A stretch of DNA of 63,845 nucleotides, the filler included, from Octopus bimaculoides (Eukaryota), in assembly GCF_001194135.2 (NCBI RefSeq). It is 5 parts of 5 records of this genome, joined end to end, with 100 filler letters (N's around TTAATTAATTAA, not from the genome) between each part and the next. Parts side by side here need not be neighbours in the genome. Positions count along the whole stretch, not along the records: positions 2,979 to 20,493 come from NC_068983.1; positions 20,594 to 44,212 come from NC_068984.1; 3 more parts are not named here. The stretch is one strand, 5' to 3'. The stretch's first letter is position 1. Each line of letters opens with the position of its first letter. A model generated the notes under the pieces. The model saw nothing but the letters and a program-made list of their open reading frames with translations. It had not been told where the DNA came from and searched no databases. A program made the position numbers and the translations under genes. Of this stretch, positions 12,449 to 22,944 are shown in pieces.

Positions 12449-13210
12449 GCGCGCGCGCATATATATATATACATACATACATACATGCATGGTCTGATCA
12501 ATAACTGCCCACACTTGCCATAGTAATGAAACGAAGCAAAAGCTCGCAGAGTAAAGCCGCGTGGTTTATTGGACCGAGCTATGCGCTGTGCTCTTGAAGA
12601 TAACATTTTATGTTACTCCAGTCCACTCCTGTTGGCAAAAATAAGTAATCTTTCGACGAACCACCTTCCTATCCAGCGGTGAGGTAGGGACTACTATATG
12701 CGCTGTCACAGTGCCCGGATTCTGGCCCAGGTGATCAGTTGTGCTTTTGAGCTAAGCAATTCACTTCACGTGGCTCTTGTCTACTCCGCCGACAAAATGA
12801 GTAATCCTGTGATGGACCAGCGTCCCTTCCAGCAGAGAATATATATAATACAGACTCTGCAAAAATGTCCTTATGAGCCTAGGCCTGAGGAAGGAGCTTT
12901 TAGCCCTTTCTTTAATGCATCTGCATATTAATGCGTCAGTTTTATTTATGTACCATCCATAAAGTAAATCAAACGTCTACGATTAAACGTAATCGGCACT
13001 TAATGTTGTATAGATTATTGTCAACGACGGCTGGAATATTTGACATTTTGTTAGTCTAAATTTCAAGCGTGCGAAGTAAGAAAAAAGCCAAACTTTGTTT
13101 AGACTTAAATTCTGCGAATTTGGAATTTGAACAATTAAGTGAAATAAATGCGTTTTCCTTTGTTTTAAATAGAGTTATAGATATGCTATCTAAGTATTTT
13201 CCTCTTTCAG

Positions 13211-13248
13211 TTGACCCTTGCAGTAGCAATCCATGTCAGAATGGAGCT
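13211..13248 (+). pseudogene. Truncated EGF pseudo-exon ([13 protein letters not shown], then unrelated sequence and a stop)
   Basis: Intact tttcag acceptor and 38 nt of EGF homology. It then switches abruptly to gagtgggggtgctag with an in-frame TAG. The 3' part of the exon is not found downstream. Confidence 0.85.
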
Positions 13249-13611
13249 GAGTGGGGGTGCTAGATTCCCTTGTTCGAAAATATAAGGACACAGATCGTGA
13301 CGTATAGCTAGCTGGAGACGATGTCTCCTGGGGCTAAATTATAGCAACATTCGTCCTAAACCTATACTGCCATGTTATGCTGGCAAATAATCTTTACTCC
13401 AGGACACGAGTTAACAGCTAGATGTCTGTTACTAATAAAACCATCTTGAGAGATTACAACCACATAACTGACATCCACTTGGCGTCACGTGTGCATGCGT
13501 GTATGTATGTGTGCATGTGCGTACGTCTATATATGCGTTCATGTCAAAGAGTGTATACCCATCTTTCTTAATCTTAACTTTCTATATATTTAACGTACTC
13601 CTTATTTTCAG

Positions 13612-13722
13612 TTGATCCATGCAGTAGTAATCCCTGTCAGAATGAAGGTAAATGTACAAACAAGGAAGATAAATTCGACTGTGAATGTGTCCCAGGATAT
13701 AGAGGAGAGGACTGTTCTATAG
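13612..13722 (+). CDS. EGF-like exon 5 ([37 protein letters not shown])
   Basis: AG/GT bounded, 111 nt; KED and RGE variants of the motifs. Confidence 0.92.
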   Translation: MIHAVVIPVRMKVNVQTRKINSTVNVSQDIEERTVL

Positions 13723-13859
13723 GTTGGTAATGCCACTTGTATATAAGCGTGAAATTGTGTGTACTTATATAATTGATACTGACATGGAATAGAATAAACG
13801 GATATATCTGTGTACATGTACATGTTTGAGTATTTATTAAATTTAACAATAGTGAAAAA

Positions 13860-15670
13860 TCTTAAATTTAAGAAATATCCCCTTTAGAAGAGGTGAACAT
13901 TTTAAAAAACTTAAATCTATAATCTTGATCCTTAAGAGAAGAAATGGAACTATCGTTCATTCAGACAAGACAGGTAACATCTATAATATTAATATAAACT
14001 ACTATCATGAACTACTTAGAAAAGAAATTACAAAAAGTTATAGGAAAGCAGATAAAAATATGTTAAGAACGATTAACTTAATGTCCACACAAATAATGAC
14101 TGAATACAAAGTAGATGATAGAATTGAACCTTTTGTGCCAAAAAGACCTATAACCATTTTAAAAGACCACAAGAACAATTTCCATAGTAACCCGATAAGA
14201 TTAATTTACCCTGGTAAATCGGGCCTAGGTAAAATAAGCAAAGCTATTATTGATAAATACATACCTATACTTAAGAAAACATTAAAGTTACAACTATCGC
14301 ATAACACACAGGGAGTAATACACTGGTTTAACAGAACTGAAAACAAAAATAGAAATAAGTTGTTAAAGATTGTAATAGATAATTATTATTGTTCAATTAA
14401 GCCTATTTAACTAAGCAAAGCTCTTTTGTTCGCGAAAAAGAACTCTATCTTAAATATGAATGAAAGTAACATTATCTTAGCTGCCAGAAAAATGGTTATT
14501 AAATTTGATGCTCAATATTGGGTTAGAAAGGACACTAACGATAGCTTTGATACAACAATGGTATCAGTGGACGCAGCACAAGTCACTGATTTAGTGGGTA
14601 TGTATATTTTATTCAATCTGAGTAGGGATTTTCCTGAGCTTGTGGGGGAGCGGGTGTCTGTATAAGGATGAAGCGCTTTTTACACTTAGAAACCAAGCTA
14701 TAGAAAACTGGAATTATATAAGAAGAAATTTTAGAAATTCTTTAAAAACATTGGATTATCCATTACTATGAAAAATGAGTATAATTCGGTTAACTTCTTA
14801 GATGTGAACATTAATATTGCGTCTGAGAAACATAAACCCTACCATAAGCCTCACACTAACCTAAAATATAAAAACATCAGAAGTAATCATCGTAAATTTA
14901 TCACAAATACTTTGGTCTGGAATATTTCAAAAAGAGTTTCGTATCTATCATCAAATGAGGAAATTTCGACTGTAATGCAAACTGTAATAACTTAGTATTT
15001 TGTAAGGCAGGATATAAACAAAAGTTAAAATGTTATGGACCGAACAATAACAACAGTAATAAGAATAACTTGGATATAACGGAAAGCAACCAAAAATCTA
15101 AACGTTCTAGGAAGAAAAGACATTATGGCAATAATAAATATACACTAAATAACAATGAAATTTTGCATGCTGGAATTGGTGAACAGAACTTATACAGTGT
15201 GAACAATAATAATACGGAACAAATAAATCTAAAAGATTGATCATAAAATCAAAAGACCTAAAGGTATATATTATAATAACATCTATAATCGTAATAATTA
15301 TGAATACATAAATAAAAAAAACTAGATGAGGTTAAAATTAATAAAATAGTTGATACCCAAAGCCTTAGTAAAAAAATTCATAAAAATAAACAAAACAACA
15401 TACCCCATATATAAACATAATTAACTCAAAAATAGATAATTTAATTTTGATAAAAATTCTAATAAGAACAATATTATATGGTTAATGATTCCATTTGCAA
15501 AACAAATTAAAAGTAGCTTAGTTAAATCTCTTTACAGTGTAATTTCCAAGCAGTTTACTAAATAAAATGAATATTATGAGATATTAGCACAGATAGAGTC
15601 TGATTTCGTTTCTCCATCTTGATGAATGTTTCTCAAATTATTTCTTCACTTCATGATATAAAAGAATTGA
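13860..15670 (+). mobile_element. Decayed Penelope-like retroelement (RT and thumb region), intronic
   Basis: Peptides SDKTGNIY...LKDHKNNF...RLIYPGKSGLGKISK, FDTTMVSVDAAQVTDLVG, VNFLDVNINI...KPYHKP...SNH and NIIWLMIPF match Penelope-type RT motifs. Multiple stops and frameshifts; ends before GIY-YIG. Boundaries approximate. Confidence 0.85.
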
Positions 15671-15766
15671 ATATTTTCTATAATAATAGGGATATGAACA
15701 ATAATGATACAATGCAAGATAACCTGAAGGATTCCAATTATAATAAAATATCTTTACCTCTTTCAG

Positions 15767-15877
15767 TTAATCCATGCAGTAGGAATCCATGTCAGAATGA
15801 AGGCAAATGTACAAACAAGGGGGATAAGTTCGAATGTGAATGTGTCCCCGGATACAGAGGAGATGATTGTTCAATAG
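15767..15877 (+). CDS. EGF-like exon 6 ([37 protein letters not shown])
   Basis: AG/GT bounded, 111 nt; KGD and RGD. Confidence 0.92.
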   Translation, partial: LIHAVGIHVRMKANVQTRGISSNVNVSPDTEEMIVQ

Positions 15878-17431
15878 GTTGGTAATGATATTCGCATATG
15901 AGTGTGATGATATTCATGTGTGTGTGTGTGTGTGCGTTTGTGTGTGTGTGTTTGTGTGTGTGTGTTTGTGTGTGTTTGTGTGTGTGTGTGTGTGCTAGTG
16001 TGTGTGTGTGTGTTAGTCTCGCTTTCTCTGGTTGTGAGAATATGTTTTATAATTTATATTGAATATGAAAATATAGTTAAGATGTTTCTGTATGTGTATA
16101 TGTAAGTATATATTATATATATATANNNNNNNNNNNNNNNNNNNNNNNNNNNNNNNNNNNNNNNNNNNNNNNNNNNNNNNNNNNNNNNNNNNNNNNNNNN
16201 NNNNNNNNNNNNNNNNNNNNNNNNNNNNNNNNNNNNNNNNNNNNNNNNNNNNNNNNNNNNNNNNNNNNNNNNNNNNNNNNNNNNNNNNNNNNNNNNNNNN
16301 NNNNNNNNNNNNNNNNNNNNNNNNNNNNNNNNNNNNNNNNNNNNNNNNNNNNNNNNNNNNNNNNNNNNNNNNNNNNNNNNNNNNNNNNNNNNNNNNNNNN
16401 NNNNNNNNNNNNNNNNNNNNNNNNNNNNNNNNNNNNNNNNNNNNNNNNNNNNNNNNNNNNNNNNNNNNNNNNNNNNNNNNNNNNNNNNNNNNNNNNNNNN
16501 NNNNNNNNNNNNNNNNNNNNNNNNNNNNNNNNNNNNNNNNNNNNNNNNNNNNNNNNNNNNNNNNNNNNNNNNNNNNNNNNNNNNNNNNNNNNNNNNNNNN
16601 NNNNNNNNNNNNNNNNNNNNNNNNNNNNNNNNNNNNNNNNNNNNNNNNNNNNNNNNNNNNNNNNNNNNNNNNNNNNNNNNNNNNNNNNNNNNNNNNNNNN
16701 NNNNNNNNNNNNNNNNNNNNNNNNNNNNNNNNNNNNNNNNNNNNNNNNNNNNNNNNNNNNNNNNNNNNNNNNNNNNNNNNNNNNNNNNNNNNNNNNNNNN
16801 NNNNNNNNNNNNNNNNNNNNNNNNNNNNNNNNNNNNNNNNNNNNNNNNNNNNNNNNNNNNNNNNNNNNNNNNNNNNNNNNNNNNNNNNNNNNNNNNNNNN
16901 NNNNNNNNNNNNNNNNNNNNNNNNNNNNNNNNNNNNNNNNNNNNNNNNNNNNNNNNNNNNNNNNNNNNNNNNNNNNNNNNNNNNNNNNNNNNNNNNNNNN
17001 NNNNNNNNNNNNNNNNNNNNNNNNNNNNNNNNNNNNNNNNNNNNNNNNNNNNNNNNNNNNNNNNNNNNNNNNNNNNNNNNNNNNNNNNNNNNNNNNNNNN
17101 NNNNTATATATATATGTATATATATAGACTATGAGAGATAATGGTGTCAGTGAGACCCAAAAGTGTCAGATAATGCTGAGTAAGTGCTATGGATAGACCA
17201 TAGTTCAGCTCCACGTTCGGTGATTCTGCGAGTAAAGAGACCAACGCAGGTCATATAACAGCATGTGTATATATATAAAAAAATGTTTCCGAATGAGATA
17301 AAAATCCAAGGCTGTGAAGTTTTAGAACATTTATAAATGTATTTGTAAGGTCGATTAAGTGAAAGAAATGAGTTTTTCCTTTGTTTTAAATACAGGAACA
17401 GATCAGCTAAGTTATTATTTTCTTCTTTTAG

Positions 17432-17542
17432 TTGATCCATGCAGTAGCAATCCATGTCAGAATGGAGGTAAATGTACAAACAAGGGAGATAAGTTCGAAT
17501 GTGAATGTGTCCCAGGATACAGAGGAGACGATTGTTCCATAG
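17432..17542 (+). CDS. EGF-like exon 7 ([37 protein letters not shown])
   Basis: AG/GT bounded, 111 nt; reads identical to exon 9 at nucleotide level. Confidence 0.92.
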   Translation: MIHAVAIHVRMEVNVQTREISSNVNVSQDTEETIVP

Positions 17543-18041
17543 GTTAGTAATATTATTTGATTCTGTTCATATTCTACCGCGACCAACTTTGCTTTTCACC
17601 CATCAGATCGATAAAATATGTACCAATTGAGCATAGGGGTCGATGTAATCGACTTACTCCTCCCACAAACTTGCTTGTCTCGTGCCAAAATGTGAAGCCA
17701 TTATAATTTCATTTTGTTATCATTCCTACGCGGTCGACTTTGGCTTTCATCCTTTCGAGTTCGATACAATGAGTATCGAACTAAGCACTTGGATCGATGT
17801 AATCTGCTTATCGTTATGTACATCTCTTAATATAACATCGACTATTTTTAAATGAAAATATTGATAATTCTCATAATCTTTTAATTCTTTTACGAACTAT
17901 TTGTATTCAACATGAATGTATTTTATATTGAGTGAATATTTGAATAGACAAACAACTTGCTCTCAGCATAGCGTCATATGCTCAAAGAGTTAATCTTTAA
18001 AAGCGAGGATACTAAATACTTAATGTACTTCTTACTTTCAG

Positions 18042-18152
18042 TTGATCCATGCAGTAGCAATCCATGTCAGAATGGAGGTAAATGTACAAACAAGGGAGAT
18101 CAGTTCGAATGTGAATGTATCCCAGGATACAGAGGAGACGATTGTTCCATAC
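18042..18152 (+). CDS. EGF-like exon 8 ([37 protein letters not shown])
   Basis: AG/GT bounded, 111 nt. The last exonic base is C rather than G, so the donor context is weaker. Confidence 0.88.
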
Positions 18153-18805
18153 GTTAGTAATATTATTTAATTCTGTGCAAATTCTACCGAGACAAACTTT
18201 GCCTTTTACTCTTCCTGTTTTCGATTTGTCCTTACAAATTCATTCCCTACTTTTAGGTCACTTTAAATAAAACTCTCGATTCAATAATACTATGTACAAA
18301 CTCTATACCGGGAATGACCAATTTTAAATACTGTTGGAATTTACTCACAAGGTATTGGAATCTTATATGTAAACCATTCTGCCTAAATAATGGATCTACA
18401 AATGCAATATCCCTGCATATCTCACATCTGTTTTCATTCCTCCACTTCACTCTCTATTTCATATCTTACCCAAATTAACTATTACTTAACCACTTTCTCA
18501 CACCGTCTCCGATGAAGGGATATAAAAATATCCCGGAAAAAGCTGTAAGACCATCTATTTATAAATTTTCTAAAATCTTCACAGCCTTAGATTTTTATCT
18601 CATTCGGAAAAAAGAATTNNNNNNNNNNNNNNNNNNNNNNNNNNNNNNNNNNNNNNNNNNNNNNNNNNNNNNNNNNNNNNNNNNNNNNNNNNNNNNNNNN
18701 NNNNNNNNNNNNNNNNNNNNNNNNNNNNNNNNNNNNNNNNNNNNNNNNNNNNNNNNNNNNNNNNNNNNNNNNNNNNNNNNNNNNNNNNNNNNNNNNNNNN
18801 NNNNN

Positions 18806-18838
<33 letters not shown>

Positions 18839-19314
18839 GGAGGTGTGTGGCTTGGCTGATAGCACTTCGTACTGGTAATCGATAGATCCCTGGATCGGAC
18901 GAGGCGTTATTTTCTTAATCAAGACACTTGATAACACGTGGCCACTGAGCCGGCAGAGTGAGTAATCCTGCGACGAACCTGTATCCCGTCTAGTAGGGAA
19001 TATTTGACACAGACTCCGCAAAACTGGGCTTACCTCAGAAGGACCCTTAGCCCTTTATATTCATGCGTCACTTTTATTTATGCACCAACCATAAAGTAAA
19101 TCAAGCTTACTCATCACTCTATGTTGTGTAGATTATTGTCAACGACAACTACAATATTTTGGTATTTTTTTGGTTTAAATTTCAAGCGTCGGAAGTAAGG
19201 AAAGCTAAAATTAGTTTAGACTTGAATTTTTCGTATTTTGATCAATTCAGTGAAGGAAATGATTTTTCCTTTGTTTTAAATGGAGGAACAGAAGTTATTA
19301 CTTTCTTCTTTTAG

Positions 19315-19425
19315 TTGATCCATGCAGTAGCAATCCATGTCAGAATGGAGGTAAATGTACAAACAAGGGAGATAAGTTCGAATGTGAATGTGTCCCAGGA
19401 TACAGAGGAGACGATTGTTCCATAG
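19315..19425 (+). CDS. EGF-like exon 9 (same peptide as exon 7)
   Basis: AG/GT bounded, 111 nt; KGD and RGD. Confidence 0.92.
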   Translation: MIHAVAIHVRMEVNVQTREISSNVNVSQDTEETIVP

Positions 19426-20144
19426 GTTAGTAATATTCTTTGATTTTGTTCATATTCTACAGAGACCAACTTTGCATTTCCCCATCAGATCAATAAAATA
19501 TGTACCAATTGAAAACTGGGGTCAATGTAATTGACTTACTCCTACCCACGAAATTTCATGTCTCGTGCCAAAATGTGAAACCATTAGAATTTTATTGTTA
19601 TGATTCCTACGCGGTCGTCTTTGGCTTTCATTCTTTCGAGGTCAATACAATAAGTACAGCTGAGCACTGGGATCCACTTCCCGAAATTTCTAGCATTGTG
19701 CGAAAATGTAAAACAAATATTATTTAATTCTATGCATAGATATACCCTCTTTATGCTTGCACCCTTTCTTACTTCATAGAGAACAAAGCGAAGAATAGTC
19801 AAGAGATATTGTTTCATGATAAATTGGAAATTCTGGAGCCACTGGTTCTGAGAATATTCCGTTACAATGTGACATCACAGTCCACATTGCCATTACTGAG
19901 ATAGACAACCAAAATTTCAATAATTTACGCAATTAAAAATTTCCTAATGTAACATCGACATGGTTATAAATTGTATAATCTTTTAATTCTTTTAAGAACT
20001 ATTTATATTCAACATTAATATATTTTATACTGAGCACAGTATTTAAATAGACAAACAATTTGCTATCAGCAATGCGTCATATGCTGAAAGAGTTAATCTA
20101 TAAAAGCGAGGATACTAAATATTTAATGTACTTCTAACTTTCAG

Positions 20145-20255
20145 TTGATCCATGTAGTAGTAATCCGTGTAAGAATGGAGGTAAATGTACAAACAAGGGA
20201 GATAAGTTCGAATGTGAATGTGTCCCAGGATACAGAGGAGACGATTGTTCTATAG
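20145..20255 (+). CDS. EGF-like exon 10 ([37 protein letters not shown])
   Basis: AG/GT bounded, 111 nt; last visible exon before an assembly join. Confidence 0.92.
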   Translation: MIHVVVIRVRMEVNVQTREISSNVNVSQDTEETIVL

Positions 20256-20493
20256 GTTAGTAATATTGTTTGATTCTGTTCATATTCTACCGAAACCATC
20301 TTTGTCTTTCACCCGTCAAATCGATAAAATATATATCAATTAAACATTGGGGTCGATTAAATCGACTTACAATCTCGTGCCAAAAATCGAAACCATTATT
20401 ATTTTATTCTGTTATCTTTCCCACGCGGTCGACTTTGGATTTCATCCTTTCGAGGTCGATACAATAAGTACCAACTAAGCACTGGGATCGATA

Positions 20494-20593
20494 NNNNNNN
20501 NNNNNNNNNNNNNNNNNNNNNNNNNNNNNNNNNNNNNTTAATTAATTAANNNNNNNNNNNNNNNNNNNNNNNNNNNNNNNNNNNNNNNNNNNN
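20494..20593. other. Assembly join: N run, TTAATTAATTAA spacer (20538-20549), N run. Same construct at 2879-2978, ~44213-44312 and ~51164-51263
   Basis: An identical 12-mer sits between N runs in a ~100-nt block four times; it encodes stops in all six frames. Confidence 0.9.
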
Positions 20594-20715
20594 TGAAGAG
20601 CATAGGCTCGAAACGTTAAAGACTTCTTCAATTCCCGAGCGTTATACTAATACATCTATTTGTTTTCTACACCACTTGTCATTGTCTTTTGTCTTTTTGT
20701 GAATTCTCTCTCTCT

Positions 20716-20749
<34 letters not shown>

Positions 20750-20923
20750 AGATATGGTTGCATGTATGTATATTGATTTATGTAGATATACTGTCAGTTT
20801 AACTATAGTAAAATACCAAATGTTTATGGAAATCTAATTCGGCCAAAACTGGAATCCGTCATTTTGCAGAAGTCTGTTTAGTCGAGCATGGGATAGGAAT
20901 AGTAAGAAAATATAAAGAATGAT

Positions 20924-20956
<33 letters not shown>

Positions 20957-21074
20957 TGTACACACACACATACATACATATATACATGTATGTTTTTGTG
21001 CATGTGTATGCATGTACAAATATATATGCTATGTATGTATATATATGTGTGTTTGTGTGTATATGTATGAATAT

Positions 21075-21106
<32 letters not shown>

Positions 21107-22944
21107 AAGAGAGATAGAGAGAGAGAGAGAGATTCAGGTGAAGATGGTACTTAAGTTTAGGCACCAGAAGTAAATATTGTATTATCCATACAATTCCAAA
21201 ATAAAGTGATTAAAATCAAAATAAGCAACAAGGATATTCAAAGTTAATGCAGTATGATCGATTCATGCGACTCCATTTAATTAAGCATTACATTACATTA
21301 AATGTAAAATGCAGGGCAATCTTCAGCTGCACAAAGATATAGAAATTTACTGAAAATTTCATTTCAACAGAAAGACATATTTTTATAACTACATTTAAAC
21401 TTTCAAAGTAGAAAGGAAGAATACAAAAAACCATTTTGACCTAGCCAGACCTTTCAGGCTAGTAAATAATTCCAAGCAGATTTTAACAGTCACTGATTTT
21501 ATTTGTCTTTTTGTTTCTGATTTATGGACCATCCTATCAGAAGTAGTGATTCAAAGCTTAAGAGGGCACTGGCATTTTCTTTGTAGGGAAAGGGGTAAAC
21601 AGTATAGACCGTAAACATGGATGATATAGCTATAACATTTCTTAGAGTTTGGTGACAAACTACTATGTGGGGAGGGATTCTCTACTAGCAGACCAGTTTA
21701 TAATGGCATTCAGCTGTAGAAATGTCCGATCAGATTGGATTCTGGTGCTGCCTTCTGGCTTGCCAATCTTCAGTCAAACAGTACAACCCACGCCAGCATG
21801 GAAAGCACATGTTAAATGATGATGATGATGATGTATGTATATGTATAATGTATATGTATATATATATAAATATACAAATATATATATATAAATATATATA
21901 TATATTTATATATATGTATATATTCTACACATTCAATCTGATAGACATTGAGCACCACTGTAAAGTTATTAAGTTATTAACTTATATTGGTTTCCTGAAG
22001 CCATTTAGAGTTGGTTGTCATGTTTAACCCTGCCAAAACCTGATATTTCCAATGAGTGATCAATAAAAATCACAGCCATCCCTTCACCTTTAACACGTCC
22101 TAAATGTGATCTGTCTCCTTTAATAACATGCAAATCTGGCAAGTATCAGGTTTTTAAAACTAATATTTATAGATCAACAAGAGACCATGGTCTTTTAGAA
22201 ATTATATTAGACAAGACACAGCAAATTGTGACATCAAAACCTTCTCAAACACATGCAATACAAATTAGAACCAATGGCCAAGGGATTTTGTGGAATAAAA
22301 ACCCAATTAATTTGAGAATAATGAAGTGAGACGAACACATTTAATGGTGTGAGTAAAAGCATATAATTAATTAAAATGACGCTCATCTTGTGAAGAGAGA
22401 AGAAAAAGCTTATTTATTTTACTAATAATTCTGGTCTTAAAAGTCAAGGGAGATAACTTTAAAATGCAAATGAATGTAGACTTGAATGGCTGCACAGAGA
22501 GAGGAGGGAGGCTGTTGATTAATAATAATTCAAGCTTCAATTTGAAACAACTTTCTATTATACAGAAATCAGTGTTATATTAGCAAAATATTATTATTTG
22601 TAGGTTTTTGTCTCCCACTTAGCAATGTTAATGAAATGCCATATGAAAGCAAACAGTTGAAGTTAGTAGAGTGTCTGATAGATACCTTGCAGTATTTGGT
22701 TTAGTTCTCAGCCCTGTGACTTCATCTGCTACCAAGGTCAACCTTTCATACTTTCTGGCTGATAAATAATGTACAAGTCTTGTTATGGGATCACTATTCC
22801 TCCTTACTCTCTCCCTATTTCTGGGAAGAATTGGCTGTAGTTAGACCTGGACATGAGATGGGCTCAAGTTGGCTTCATAAAATAATATCCAAGATATAGC
22901 TTATGTTCTGAAGGGATTAATAGCCTTATGCAAAACAAGGTCAC

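Noticed and set aside
15619-15885. ORF fusing the Penelope tail in frame with EGF exon 6
   Set aside because: No supporting splice site or start context; exon 6 has its own normal acceptor at 15766, so the read-through is probably chance.
7763-20255. Regularly recurring near-identical ~110-bp units, superficially CRISPR-like or satellite-like
   Set aside because: Units are spliceable protein-coding exons separated by 0.4-2 kb introns in a eukaryotic genome.
7763-20255. Assigning a symbol such as NOTCH, crumbs, SNED1, fibropellin or MATN
   Set aside because: The EGF spacing is Notch-like, but a VWA followed by homogenised repeats with no visible C-terminus does not identify an orthologue.
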